Shown one piece after another: positions 1 to 10,327 of a stretch of 64,000 bases of DNA. The translations under genes were made by a program, and so were the position numbers. The notes beneath the pieces are model-generated. The model saw only the letters and a program-made list of their open reading frames with translations. It was not told the DNA's origin and made no database searches. Origin of the DNA: an uncultured Bacteroidales bacterium (lineage in GTDB: Bacteria; Bacteroidota; Bacteroidia; Bacteroidales; CHK158-818). The stretch is from the NCBI GenBank assembly GCA_949300615.1, contig CASGEW010000001.1, forward strand, positions 8,375 to 72,374, written 5' to 3'. Each line of letters starts with the position of its first letter. Positions within the stretch are counted from its first letter, which is position 1.

Positions 1-1
1 C

Positions 2-526
2 ATTTACCACGAAGAGTTGGAATCGTTGGTAAAGAATTTCCCGACACTCAAAAGAGCCCGGTTCTGGATGACATTCGGACAAGAATACCTGACCCACCTG
101 CGTGTTATCCAAAACATCGGTATGGCGCGCATCGACCCGATCATTTACAACGGCATGGAGATCGTTCCCATCCAATTCTTAAAAGCTGTTCTCCCGAATC
201 CCGGAGAATTGGGCGAAAATTATGTAGGGGAAACCTCCATCGGATGCCGTATCAAAGGGCTTGACAAAGAGGGAAAAGAGATGACCTACTACGTATATAA
301 CAACTGCCGACACCACGATGCATACTTGGAAACAGGTGCACAAGGTGTAAGTTATACTACGGGAGTCCCGGCCATGATTGGAGCCATGATGTTTTTACAA
401 GGTAAATGGAAAAAAGCAGGCGTATTCAACGTAGAAGAGTTTGACCCCGATCCATTCATGGAACAACTCAACAAACAAGGCTTACCTTGGCACGAGATTT
501 TTAACGAAGATATCGAAACAGCCTAA
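2..526 (+). CDS. Saccharopine dehydrogenase family protein / probable carboxy(nor)spermidine dehydrogenase, 3' part (5' end outside window)
   Basis: Frame is open from the window edge (IYHEELESLVKNFP...). Contains the family C-terminal motifs RARFWMTF, QGVSYTTGVPAMIGA and GVFNVEEFDPDPF. Confidence 0.85.
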   Translation: MYHEELESLVKNFPTLKRARFWMTFGQEYLTHLRVIQNIGMARIDPIIYNGMEIVPIQFLKAVLPNPGELGENYVGETSIGCRIKGLDKEGKEMTYYVYNNCRHHDAYLETGAQGVSYTTGVPAMIGAMMFLQGKWKKAGVFNVEEFDPDPFMEQLNKQGLPWHEIFNEDIETA

Positions 527-529
527 ACA

Positions 530-570
530 GTAAAAAAGAAATCCGCTATTCAAGCGGATTTCTTTTTTAC
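530..570 (+). terminator. Rho-independent terminator
   Basis: Perfect 18-bp inverted repeat gtaaaaaagaaatccgct / agcggatttcttttttac with a 5-nt loop, right after the stop codon. Confidence 0.85.
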
Positions 571-639
571 ATATATCCCACCTCATATTTATCTTACCCT
601 TTCCAAATCGTTATTAAAAATTAAAATCAAAAAAAACGT

Positions 640-679
640 CGTGCACGTGCACGGAAACCAAAAAAAAGTCTTACATTTG
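640..679 (+). promoter_or_regulatory. Perfect palindrome CGTGCACGTGCACG (640-653) plus Bacteroidetes -7 element TACATTTG (672-679)
   Basis: GC-rich 14-bp palindrome in an AT-rich intergenic region, 18 nt upstream of a TAnnTTTG match. Confidence 0.55.
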
Positions 680-746
680 TTTCGGAACTTTTATAAGTTC
701 TTGTACTCATTGAATTAAAACCTTAATAGACAAACACACCAAAAAT

Positions 747-1598
747 ATGTCAAACAGAAGGAATTTCCTGAAACAAGGATTGGCTGCAACGGCATTGCTA
801 AGCATACCGTCCCTCAACTCGGAATTATTGGCCGCAGCCCCCAAAGAGAAAAAAAAATCGCCAGAAAACCCTTTTAAACTGGGTATGGCAGGCTACACAT
901 TTGTCAACTTCAACTTAGACAAAACATTGGAAATAATGGACCGCCTGGATGTTCGGTATCTGTGCATAAAAGATTTTCACCTGCCCCTCGACAGTACCGA
1001 CGAACAGATAAAAGCATTCCACAACAAACTGGCATCAAAAGGTATTACCGGATATGCCGTAGGCCCCATTTACATGAAATCAGAAGCCGAAGTGGATAGA
1101 GCTTTCGATTACGCCCAAAGAGTAGGTGTAAAATTGATCGTAGGTGTACCCAACGTTGAACTTCTCCCCTACGTGGATAAAAAAGTAAAAGAGTATGACT
1201 TCCACTATGCTATCCACTTGCACGGACCTGACATAGAGTTATATCCGCACGCTACCGACGTATGGGAACATACCAAAGAATTGGATCCGAGAATTGGGAT
1301 GTGCTTAGATATCGGACACGACCTGCGTGCGAATTGCGACCCGATTGAAGACTTGAAAAAATACCATACCCGTGTCTTTGACATCCATATAAAAGATGTT
1401 ACAGAGGCTTCAAAAGCTGGAAGAGGCATAGAAATAGGAAGAGGGAAAATTGACTTCCCTGCTTTTGTCAAGATGCTCAGAAAGGTAAAATACAATGGCG
1501 TATGCAGTTTGGAATACGAGAAAGACATGAAAGACCCGTTCCTGGGAATTGCCGAATCTATCGGATATTTCAAAGCGGTATGTGCTTATCCCAAATAA
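747..1598 (+). CDS. Tat-exported sugar phosphate isomerase/epimerase (xylose isomerase-like TIM barrel, IolE/AP endonuclease 2 family)
   Basis: N-terminal SNRRNFLK twin-arginine signal. Motifs CLDIGH, DIHIKD, IGRGKIDF and SLEYE. Confidence 0.85.
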   Translation: MSNRRNFLKQGLAATALLSIPSLNSELLAAAPKEKKKSPENPFKLGMAGYTFVNFNLDKTLEIMDRLDVRYLCIKDFHLPLDSTDEQIKAFHNKLASKGITGYAVGPIYMKSEAEVDRAFDYAQRVGVKLIVGVPNVELLPYVDKKVKEYDFHYAIHLHGPDIELYPHATDVWEHTKELDPRIGMCLDIGHDLRANCDPIEDLKKYHTRVFDIHIKDVTEASKAGRGIEIGRGKIDFPAFVKMLRKVKYNGVCSLEYEKDMKDPFLGIAESIGYFKAVCAYPK

Positions 1599-1677
1599 AA
1601 AATTCCCATTTCTGGAATGGAGACTCGCCAAAGCGGATGTCTGACGTCTTTTCGATCTAAAATTTCATAATATGACA

Positions 1678-1715
1678 ATAAAAAAGCGGAACGTAAGTAC
1701 GTCCCGCTTTTTTAT
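1678..1715. terminator. Bidirectional terminator between convergent genes
   Basis: ataaaaaagcggaacgt-aagt-acgtcccgcttttttat hairpin flanked by A and T tracts. Confidence 0.8.
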
Positions 1716-1795
1716 ACTATAAACCTTCACTATTCATTTTTAAATACCAATCCATTCTTATCAGCATCTATCGAGATCGGTTTGCTCTTATCGAC

Positions 1796-4321
1796 TTATT
1801 GTGCCAGTAAATCTTTGGAGAGTTGATTCAGCACATAACGGTGAATAATCCTTTTTACCGGACGTGCTCCGAACTGCGGGTCGTAACCTTCGTGTGCGAT
1901 GAACTTCAAGGCAGCAGGTGTTACGTTCAACTCTACCCCATTGGCGGCCAACAGTTTCTTGACACTATTGAGTTGCAAACCGACAATCTTTTCGATTTCC
2001 TGTTCGTTCAACGGAGTAAACATGATGGTTTCGTCTATACGATTCAGGAACTCGGGGCGAATGGTCTGTTTCAACAGTTCCAATACCTCGTCTTTGGTCT
2101 TTTCGAGTACCTCTTCGCGGTTTTCGGGCGTAATCTTTTCGAAATTTTCGCGGATTAAGGACGACCCCATATTGGAGGTCATAATGATAATGGTATTCTT
2201 GAAATTGACCAAACGTCCTTTGTTATCGGTCAAACGTCCATCGTCGAGAACCTGTAACAAAATGTTGAAGATATCGGGATGGGCCTTTTCTATTTCATCA
2301 AAAAGTACGACCGAATAGGGTTTACGCCGGATAGCTTCTGTCAACTGTCCGCCCTCTTCATACCCCACATATCCCGGAGGCGAACCGATCAACCGTGTTA
2401 CGCTGAATTTATCCTGGTATTCGCTCATATCAATACGCGTCATCATATTTTCGTCGTCGAACAGATATTCTGCCAACGCCTTGGCCAATTCGGTTTTTCC
2501 GACCCCTGTCGTCCCCAGGAAGATAAACGACCCAATAGGCTTGCGCGGATCGCTCAGCCCGGCACGGCTCCGACGAACGGCATCGGATACGGCCTGTATC
2601 GCTTCGTCCTGACCGATGACCCGTTTGTGCAACTCTTCTTCCAGATGCAACAGTTTCTCTTTTTCGCTTTGCATCATCTTGCTGACGGGGATACCTGTCC
2701 AACGCGATACGACATCGGCAATATCGTCGGCATTGACCTCTTCCTTTATCATGGCCGAATCGCCCTGCATACGATGCAACTCTTCTTGGATATGTTTTAT
2801 TTCGTCTTCCTTCTGAGTGATCTTGGCATAACGAATTTCGGCTACCTTGCCATAATCCCCTTCGCGTTCAGCCTGGTCAGCCTCGAATTTCAACGATTCG
2901 ATATCTATCTTATTCTGTTGTATCTTGCTTACCAGTTGCTTTTCGGCTTCCCATTTGGCCCGAAACTTGGTCTCTTCTTCTTTCAGGTTGGCGATTTCTT
3001 CTCCCAACTTGGCCAACTTTTCCTGGTCGTTTTCCCGTTTGATGGCTTCTCTTTCAATTTCAAGCTGTTTGATACGACGTGAAATTTCGTCCAATGCCTC
3101 GGGTACGGAATCGGCCTCCATCCGAAGTTTTGCGGCAGCTTCGTCCATCAGGTCGATTGCCTTATCGGGCAAGAAACGATCGGTGATATAACGTTCGGAA
3201 AGTTGTACGGCTGCGATGATGGCATCGTCTTTGATACGTACCTTGTGGTGGTTTTCGTATTTCTCCTTCAACCCCCTCAAAATGGATATAGAACTCAACT
3301 CGTCGGGCTCATCGACCATCACAATCTGGAAACGACGTTCCAACGCTTTATCCTTTTCAAAATACTTTTGGTATTCGTCGAGCGTGGTAGCACCTATGGC
3401 CCGAAGTTCTCCCCTGGCCAAAGCCGGTTTCAGAATATTGGCCGCATCCATGGCACCTTCGCCTTTACCGGCCCCTACCAAGGTATGGATTTCGTCGATG
3501 AACAGGATAATCTCCCCTTCTGACTGCATCACCTCGTTGACAACGGCTTTCAACCGTTCCTCGAACTCGCCCTTGTATTTGGCTCCGGCCACCAACGCAC
3601 CCATATCCAATGAAAAGATTTGCTTGCTTTTCAGGTTTTCCGGCACGTCGCCCCGGACGATACGGTGGGCCAACCCTTCGGCAATAGCCGTTTTACCGGT
3701 ACCCGGTTCACCGATCAGAATCGGATTGTTCTTGGTACGCCGGCTCAAAATTTGAAGGACTCGCCTTATCTCTTCATCCCTACCTATTACAGGGTCCAGT
3801 TTCCCACTACGGGCCCGTTCATTCAAGTTGATAGCATACTTGCTCAGCGCATTATAGGTGTCTTCGGCCGAAGCATCGGTAGCCTTTTTACCCTTTCTAA
3901 GCTCATCAATGGCTACTCCCAACTCCTTCTCTACGATTCCGGCATCTTTCATCAAAGACGATACCTGCCCCTTGGTCTGCAACAATGCCATCAAAATGGC
4001 TTCGAGCGTAACGAACTGGTCGCCCGATTTCTTGGCATAATCCACCGATTTCTGCAAAACCTCGTTGGCTTCGCGGCTCAGATACGGTTCCCCTCCGCTC
4101 ACTTTCGGATAGGAATCGATTACCCTCTCTATCGACATTTTCAGCATGTTGGCATTAATACCCAACTTCTGGAAGATGTAATTGACCATACTCTCTCCCA
4201 CTTGAAGAACACCTTCGAGCAGGTGTGCCGGTTCAATAGCCTGCTGATTTTTTCTCGCGGCTATTTGTGCGGCTGTCTGAATGGCCTCTTGCGATTTAAT
4301 GGTAAAATTGTCAAAATTCAT
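1796..4321 (-). CDS. clpB: ATP-dependent chaperone ClpB; reading frame continues past a TAA to 1730
   Basis: Two AAA+ modules ([16 protein letters not shown]), [13 protein letters not shown], coiled-coil middle domain and GARPVKR. Confidence 0.97.
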   Translation of the reverse strand: MNFDNFTIKSQEAIQTAAQIAARKNQQAIEPAHLLEGVLQVGESMVNYIFQKLGINANMLKMSIERVIDSYPKVSGGEPYLSREANEVLQKSVDYAKKSGDQFVTLEAILMALLQTKGQVSSLMKDAGIVEKELGVAIDELRKGKKATDASAEDTYNALSKYAINLNERARSGKLDPVIGRDEEIRRVLQILSRRTKNNPILIGEPGTGKTAIAEGLAHRIVRGDVPENLKSKQIFSLDMGALVAGAKYKGEFEERLKAVVNEVMQSEGEIILFIDEIHTLVGAGKGEGAMDAANILKPALARGELRAIGATTLDEYQKYFEKDKALERRFQIVMVDEPDELSSISILRGLKEKYENHHKVRIKDDAIIAAVQLSERYITDRFLPDKAIDLMDEAAAKLRMEADSVPEALDEISRRIKQLEIEREAIKRENDQEKLAKLGEEIANLKEEETKFRAKWEAEKQLVSKIQQNKIDIESLKFEADQAEREGDYGKVAEIRYAKITQKEDEIKHIQEELHRMQGDSAMIKEEVNADDIADVVSRWTGIPVSKMMQSEKEKLLHLEEELHKRVIGQDEAIQAVSDAVRRSRAGLSDPRKPIGSFIFLGTTGVGKTELAKALAEYLFDDENMMTRIDMSEYQDKFSVTRLIGSPPGYVGYEEGGQLTEAIRRKPYSVVLFDEIEKAHPDIFNILLQVLDDGRLTDNKGRLVNFKNTIIIMTSNMGSSLIRENFEKITPENREEVLEKTKDEVLELLKQTIRPEFLNRIDETIMFTPLNEQEIEKIVGLQLNSVKKLLAANGVELNVTPAALKFIAHEGYDPQFGARPVKRIIHRYVLNQLSKDLLAQ

Positions 4322-4390
4322 ATATCAATCTCCTTTCTTTCTTTTATTGTATAATCGGTCTGTTTTTAACAAACGTTCTGTCTATCTATT

Positions 4391-4407
4391 TACAAAATGG
4401 ATGCCAA
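4391..4407 (-). promoter_or_regulatory. Putative sigma54 (-24/-12) promoter of clpB
   Basis: Minus strand reads TTGGCATCCATTTTGTA, resembling TGGCAC-N5-TTGC, about 70 nt upstream of the clpB start. Confidence 0.5.
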
Positions 4408-4675
4408 CCCCAAAAGGCGACAAAAGTTCTGTTTTTCAATTATTTGTACTGACAAAATTACACATTCATCACTATACGGTAAGACTTTTTAGTTAAAAAA
4501 TACCCTTTTAGGGAGCTCTTTACATACTGACATTTTGTCTTTTCATCCTATTTCTAAACACGCCCAACCGTTTTTTGTTCGGACCTGCCCAAACTGTTTC
4601 GGATTTCTTTTGACAAATAGTCATGCTGAGAACCGAACGCTTACCAAAAAACAGCGGATATTTACGATAAAAGGT

Positions 4676-4683
4676 TATATTTG
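4676..4683 (+). promoter_or_regulatory. Bacteroidetes -7 promoter element of tgt operon
   Basis: TATATTTG matches TAnnTTTG, 19 nt before the tgt ATG. Confidence 0.6.
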
Positions 4684-4702
4684 CACCAAATTTCCGACGT
4701 AG

Positions 4703-5833
4703 ATGAATTTTGAGCTTTTACATACCGATACACAAAGCCGGGCCAGAGCCGGATTGATTACCACCGACCACGGAACAATTGAAACTCCAATATTTATGCC
4801 GGTAGGGACATTGGGCTCGGTCAAGGCGGTACATCAGCACGAACTGAAAGAGGATATAAAAGCCCAGATTATTTTAGGAAACACCTATCACCTGTACCTT
4901 CGTCCCGGATTGTCCGTATTGGAAGAGGCCGGCGGGTTGCACCGTTTTAACGGATGGGACAAACCGATACTGACCGACAGTGGAGGTTTTCAGGTTTTCT
5001 CGTTATCGGACAACCGGAAACTGACCGAAGAGGGAGCTTACTTCCGCTCGCATATCGACGGCTCCAAACACCTGTTCACCCCGGAAAACGTAGTGGACAT
5101 CCAGCGAACTATCGGAGCAGACATTACCATGGCTTTCGACGAATGTCCGCCGGGAACGGCCGAATACGGCTATGCCCGGAAATCGCTCGACCTGACCCTA
5201 CGCTGGTTAGACAGAGGGTGGAACCATTTTAACGAAACCGAAGGGAAATATGGTTACCGGCAGAGTTTCTTCCCCATCGTTCAAGGATGTGTCTATCCCG
5301 ACCTAAGGCGTAAAGCGGCCGAATACGTGGCAGAAAAGGGGGCGGATGGAAACGCCATCGGAGGACTGGCCGTAGGCGAGCCGACCGATAAGATGTACGA
5401 GATGATAGAAATTGTCAATGAAATATTGCCGACCGACAAACCCCGCTACCTGATGGGGGTAGGTACTCCGGCCAACATACTGGAAGCCATTGAACGGGGC
5501 GTGGATATGTTCGACTGCGTAATGCCCACCCGCAACGGACGCAACGGAATGTTATTCACCAAAAACGGCATTATGAATATGCGAAACAAGAAATGGGCAA
5601 CGGATTTTTCTCCCATCGAAGAAGATGGCGCATCGTACGTGGACACGGCCTATTCGCGTGCATACCTGCGCCACCTGTTTATCAGCCAGGAACTGTTGGC
5701 TATGCAGATCGCCTCGATACACAACCTGGCATTTTACCTGTGGCTGGTCAAAGAGGCCCGCAGACAGATTCTGGAAGGAAATTTCATCCCATGGAAAAAG
5801 AACATGATCGAGCGGGTAACACGACGATTATAA
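4703..5833 (+). CDS. tgt: tRNA-guanine(34) transglycosylase
   Basis: TPIFMPVGT, LGNTYHLYLRPG, TDSGGFQVFSL, FDCVMPTRNGRNG and SIHNL motifs. Confidence 0.97.
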   Translation: MNFELLHTDTQSRARAGLITTDHGTIETPIFMPVGTLGSVKAVHQHELKEDIKAQIILGNTYHLYLRPGLSVLEEAGGLHRFNGWDKPILTDSGGFQVFSLSDNRKLTEEGAYFRSHIDGSKHLFTPENVVDIQRTIGADITMAFDECPPGTAEYGYARKSLDLTLRWLDRGWNHFNETEGKYGYRQSFFPIVQGCVYPDLRRKAAEYVAEKGADGNAIGGLAVGEPTDKMYEMIEIVNEILPTDKPRYLMGVGTPANILEAIERGVDMFDCVMPTRNGRNGMLFTKNGIMNMRNKKWATDFSPIEEDGASYVDTAYSRAYLRHLFISQELLAMQIASIHNLAFYLWLVKEARRQILEGNFIPWKKNMIERVTRRL

Positions 5834-5846
5834 CAATCAGAATATT

Positions 5847-6926
5847 ATGATATTAAAACGGTTAGACACATACATCATCAAGAAATTCTTAGGCACCTAC
5901 CTGTTTACCATCGTGCTGATTATTTCCATTGCCGTAGTGTTCGACATCAATGAAAAACTGGACAAGTTTTTAAGCAAAGATGCTCCGTTAAAAGCCATCG
6001 TATTCGACTATTACCTCAACTTCATACCTTATTTCGTCAACCTGTTCAGCCAGCTGTTTACGTTTATCGCCGTTATCTTCTTTACCTCCAAACTGGCCGA
6101 CAACTCCGAAATTATTGCCATGATGTCGAGCCGGGTAAGTTTCAACCGGCTGATGCGTCCCTATATGATTTCGGCTGCTATTATCGCGGCAGGGACGTTT
6201 CTGTTGAACAGTTACGTGATTCCGCCAGCCAATGTAACACGCATCAATTTCGAGGACAAATATGTAAAACCCCGAAAAACGGACTACGGAAGCAACATCC
6301 AGATTCAGGTGGAACCGGGCGTGGTGGCATACATCAACCGGTATGACAATACTAACAAAACAGGATACCGCTTTTCGCTCGAACGATACGAGGGAAAAAC
6401 GTTAAGATCGCGTCTGACAGCCCAGACGGTACGTTATGTTTCAGACTATACCTGGAAAATACGGGATTATACCATCCGAAACTTCGACGGAATGCACGAA
6501 ACATTTTTCAAAGGAGCAGAAAAGGATTCTATTATTCCGTTTCAACCCTCCGATTTCCTGATCTCCCGTTACGACAGCGAACAGATGACAACCCCCAAAT
6601 TAAAGGAATACATCGACCGACAGAAAAAAAGGGGGGTAGCCAACATTACCCAGTTCGAGGTGGAATATTACCAGCGTTACGCCATGATTGCTGCATCGTT
6701 CATCTTAACCAGTATCGGGCTTTCTTTGGCCTCCAAAAAGGTAAAAGGCGGGATGGGACTGCACTTGGGGCTGGGATTGCTGTTCAGCTTCTCGTACATT
6801 TTCTTTATGAAAGTATCGGCTACGTTTGCCATCAGCGGGCAAGCCTCGCCACTGGTTGCCGTCTGGATACCCAACATCTTGTACGCCATCATTGCGGTGA
6901 TTTTATATAAACGAGCGCCTAAATAA
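5847..6926 (+). CDS. LptF/LptG family LPS export permease
   Basis: LDTYIIKKFLGT start, 3+3 hydrophobic helices around a periplasmic domain, SEIIAM motif and WIPNIL end. Confidence 0.88.
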   Translation: MILKRLDTYIIKKFLGTYLFTIVLIISIAVVFDINEKLDKFLSKDAPLKAIVFDYYLNFIPYFVNLFSQLFTFIAVIFFTSKLADNSEIIAMMSSRVSFNRLMRPYMISAAIIAAGTFLLNSYVIPPANVTRINFEDKYVKPRKTDYGSNIQIQVEPGVVAYINRYDNTNKTGYRFSLERYEGKTLRSRLTAQTVRYVSDYTWKIRDYTIRNFDGMHETFFKGAEKDSIIPFQPSDFLISRYDSEQMTTPKLKEYIDRQKKRGVANITQFEVEYYQRYAMIAASFILTSIGLSLASKKVKGGMGLHLGLGLLFSFSYIFFMKVSATFAISGQASPLVAVWIPNILYAIIAVILYKRAPK

Positions 6927-7033
6927 AAGCTATTGTATATTTACGCTAACAAATCAAGGGAATTATTTTTTCTTGTCTATAATTAAACCAAACCACCACT
7001 TCCTCGTCTTATTAAAAATAGAAGCAAAATAGC

Positions 7034-7041
7034 TATCTTTG
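7034..7041 (+). promoter_or_regulatory. Bacteroidetes -7 promoter element
   Basis: TATCTTTG 25 nt upstream of the GH92 start. Confidence 0.55.
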
Positions 7042-7066
7042 CCCAGAGATACAAACATAAAAAATC

Positions 7067-9394
7067 ATGAAGAAAATAGTTGCGATTTGTGCATTGTTCA
7101 TAAACGCCGGTTTATTGTCTGCACAAACATCTCCAATCGAAAGGGTTAATCCCATCATCGGGACAAACAGCATGGGACACACCTTTCCGGGAGCCTGTGC
7201 CCCGCACGGGATTGTACAATTAAGTCCCGACACCGATACCATTCCGCACAACGTAAACGGAGCTTATCAAAAACGCGTATATGAATATTGTGCCGGATAC
7301 CAACACAAAGACAGCACGATTGTTGGGTTCAGCCACACCCATTTCAGCGGAACAGGACACTCGGACCTGGGAGATGTCTTGATCATGCCTACTGTCGGTT
7401 CGTTAAAACTGAATCCCGGTACCGCCACCCAACCTGACGCCGGCTATCGTTCACGCTTCTCCCACGATACCGAAATAGCCACTCCGGGCTACTACGAAGT
7501 CGTACTCGACGACTACAATGTAAAAGCCCGCTTGACGGCAACCGAACGAGTTGGGATACACCAATATACCTATCCGAAGGGTGCCGACGGACACATCATT
7601 CTGGATTTGATACACGGTATTTACAACTACGATGGAAAGGTGTTATGGGCAGCCATCCGAGTGGAAAACGACACATTGATAACCGGATACCGCATCACAA
7701 ACGGATGGGCACGTACCAACCATACCTATTTTGCCATCTCACTCTCCAAACCGATAAAAAATTACGGATGTGTGGAACGAGCCCGTACACTCTACCGCGG
7801 AGGCTGGGGAAAATTCAATATGCAACGGAATTTCCCCGATATGGCGGGACGCAAACTGGTCGCCTATTTCAATTTCGACTTTTCACAAGATCCGACCTTG
7901 GAACTGAAAGTGGCCTTGTCAGCCGTCAGCACCGAGGGAGCTATTAAAAACCTGAACGCCGAAGCTGCCGGAAAATCGTTCGACCAACTGTTGGCAGAGA
8001 CCCAACAAAAGTGGAACAAAGAATTGAACGTCATCGAGGCTACCGGAAACGACGATCAACTGGCCATGCTCTACACCTCGCTTTACCACACCCACATCAA
8101 TCCATCAGTTTACATGGATGTGGACGGTCAATACAGAGGATTGGACCAGAATATACATCAGGCCAAGGAGTTTACCAACTATACCGTATTCTCGTTGTGG
8201 GATACCTACCGGGCCCTGCATCCGTGGTTCAATATCGTCAGCCGCCAGCGCAACAACGACATGGTAAAATCAATGTTGGCTCACTATTCCCAAAGCGTAA
8301 TGAAGGCGTTGCCTGTATGGTCGCACATGGCAAACGAGAACTGGTGCATGATCGGGTATCACGCCGTATCGGTATTGTCGGACGCCATGGCAAAGGGACA
8401 GAAATTCGATTATGACCTTGCCTTGGAAGCCATGGTAAACAGCTCGACCATCCCATACTATGACAATACCGGAGAGTATATGAAATACGGATATGTCCCG
8501 TTCGATTCTAACCGGAACGGCGCATCGCTTACGCTCGAATATGCTTACGACGACTGGACAATATATAATGCCGCCAAACGCATGGGACGCGAAGATATTG
8601 CCCAACAATATGAAAAAAGAGCGCTCAATTACCGGAACCTGTTCGATCCGTCGTTGGGCTTTGCCCGTCCCCGGTATACGGATGGACGTTGGAAAGAAAA
8701 TTTCAGCCTGCTGAAAACCGACAACGAAGGCTTTATCGAAGGAAACTCCTGGAACTACTCATTTCACGTACCACAGGATGTTTGTGGACTGATCGATGCC
8801 ATGGGTGGAGACAAACGGTTTATCGAAAAACTGGACTCGTTGTTTACCATGCACCTGCCGGATGAATTCTTTGCCCATACCGAAGATGTTACCCGCGAAG
8901 GACTTTTAGGAAACTATGTCCATGGGAATGAACCCAGCCACCACATCATCTATCTTTACAATTGGACATCCCAACCGTGGAAAGCCCAATATTGGGTACG
9001 CGAGGTAATGAACCGGATGTACAAAAACAACATCGACGGCTTGTGCGGGAACGACGACTGCGGTCAGATGTCGGCCTGGTACCTGTTCTCGGCTATGGGA
9101 TTTTACCCCGTATGTCCGGGTACCGACCAATATGTTCTGGGTGCTCCTTATCTGCCTTATATGAAGGTAAACCTCGAAAACGGGAAATCTATCGTCATAA
9201 AAGCTGATAAAGTGAGCGACAAAAACCGGTATGTTAAATCGGTAAAAATCAATGGAGAACCTTACAAAAAGGCATATATCACTCACGACATGTTGATGAA
9301 CGGATGTGAAATAGAGTTTGAAATGAGCTCAAAACCCAATAAAAAACGTCTCTTTACAGGAGAAAATATACCCTATTCGCTAACTATGAATTAA
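7067..9394 (+). CDS. GH92 family alpha-mannosidase, secreted
   Basis: Signal peptide. VNPIIGT, HTFPGA, GFSHTHFSGTG, FSLWDTYRA, HGNEPSHH and GNDDCGQMSAW motifs. Confidence 0.95.
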   Translation: MKKIVAICALFINAGLLSAQTSPIERVNPIIGTNSMGHTFPGACAPHGIVQLSPDTDTIPHNVNGAYQKRVYEYCAGYQHKDSTIVGFSHTHFSGTGHSDLGDVLIMPTVGSLKLNPGTATQPDAGYRSRFSHDTEIATPGYYEVVLDDYNVKARLTATERVGIHQYTYPKGADGHIILDLIHGIYNYDGKVLWAAIRVENDTLITGYRITNGWARTNHTYFAISLSKPIKNYGCVERARTLYRGGWGKFNMQRNFPDMAGRKLVAYFNFDFSQDPTLELKVALSAVSTEGAIKNLNAEAAGKSFDQLLAETQQKWNKELNVIEATGNDDQLAMLYTSLYHTHINPSVYMDVDGQYRGLDQNIHQAKEFTNYTVFSLWDTYRALHPWFNIVSRQRNNDMVKSMLAHYSQSVMKALPVWSHMANENWCMIGYHAVSVLSDAMAKGQKFDYDLALEAMVNSSTIPYYDNTGEYMKYGYVPFDSNRNGASLTLEYAYDDWTIYNAAKRMGREDIAQQYEKRALNYRNLFDPSLGFARPRYTDGRWKENFSLLKTDNEGFIEGNSWNYSFHVPQDVCGLIDAMGGDKRFIEKLDSLFTMHLPDEFFAHTEDVTREGLLGNYVHGNEPSHHIIYLYNWTSQPWKAQYWVREVMNRMYKNNIDGLCGNDDCGQMSAWYLFSAMGFYPVCPGTDQYVLGAPYLPYMKVNLENGKSIVIKADKVSDKNRYVKSVKINGEPYKKAYITHDMLMNGCEIEFEMSSKPNKKRLFTGENIPYSLTMN

Positions 9395-9419
9395 TCACTT
9401 TTAATTTAATTGATACAAA

Positions 9420-10208
9420 ATGAAAAAGACACTTATCCTTTTAACCGTCGCATTGTTCTCGGTATCAGCATTTTCCCAGAGAGGAAACCGTAGAGAATTA
9501 GCCAAATGGAATGACTACAATGTTGGGAAAATCGTTTTTAAAGATGCCTCGCCTGATACCAAGGGTGCACAGATTTACCATGCGATTATTCCCGATCCCG
9601 ACGCTTATATCTCGGAACAGGCTCGCCGGGTATTGAACACCCTCTATTTCTCACCCGAAGATAGTATTCCGGGAATAAAACAACTAAACTACACGATTCG
9701 CGATTATGATGGAATTTCGGCCAAGGGAGGTCAACCCCCTGTTGTCGGCATCGAATACAGTACCCGGTGGATTGAACGCAGTTTTGCCAATGGCGACACG
9801 GCCAAACTCCATTTTGAAACCAAGGGAGTACTGTTCCATGAACTGACCCATGCTTACCAATTGGAACCGCAAGGAATAGGCAACTACGGCAACAACAGAA
9901 CGTTCTGGGCCTTTATCGAAGGGATGGCCGATGCCGTACGTTATCTGAACGGAGGTTTCACCATCAACGACCGTCCCAAAGGTGGATTCTACACCGATGG
10001 ATACCGTACCACCGGGTTCTTCTTTGCTTGGTTGGCAAAGACCAAAGACCCTGACTTTATCCGTAAAATCAACCGCAGTACCCTGGAAGTTATTCCTTGG
10101 TCGTTTGAGGGTGCTTTCAAACATATCTTCGGCGAAAGTTGCGATATTATGGAGTTGTGGAACGAATACCAGGTTGCTATGGGCGATCGTCTCCGCGTAG
10201 TAAAATAA
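9420..10208 (+). CDS. Basic secretory protein (BSP) family putative zinc peptidase
   Basis: Signal peptide, GVLFHELTHAYQ (HExxH), downstream FIEGMADAVR and GYRTTGFF. Confidence 0.8.
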   Translation: MKKTLILLTVALFSVSAFSQRGNRRELAKWNDYNVGKIVFKDASPDTKGAQIYHAIIPDPDAYISEQARRVLNTLYFSPEDSIPGIKQLNYTIRDYDGISAKGGQPPVVGIEYSTRWIERSFANGDTAKLHFETKGVLFHELTHAYQLEPQGIGNYGNNRTFWAFIEGMADAVRYLNGGFTINDRPKGGFYTDGYRTTGFFFAWLAKTKDPDFIRKINRSTLEVIPWSFEGAFKHIFGESCDIMELWNEYQVAMGDRLRVVK

Positions 10209-10232
10209 ACACGATCCAACCGTATACAAGGT

Positions 10233-10270
10233 AAAGCCTCCCCGTACAAACGGGAGGCTTTCTTTTTGTT
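10233..10270 (+). terminator. Rho-independent terminator
   Basis: aaagcctccccgt-acaa-acgggaggcttt stem with one bulge, followed by a T-rich tract. Confidence 0.8.
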
Positions 10271-10297
10271 TTTTCTTTTATCTCTGCATTAAAATCG

Positions 10298-10305
10298 TAT
10301 CTTTG
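10298..10305 (+). promoter_or_regulatory. Bacteroidetes -7 promoter element of rnz
   Basis: TATCTTTG 22 nt upstream of the ATG. Confidence 0.55.
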
Positions 10306-10327
10306 TTTCAGATTTTCAACAAAGGCC

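Noticed and set aside
1796-1798. Genome-wide TAA reassignment to explain the clpB internal stop
   Set aside because: Many other genes here end normally at TAA, some directly followed by terminators, and no other interrupted gene was noticed.
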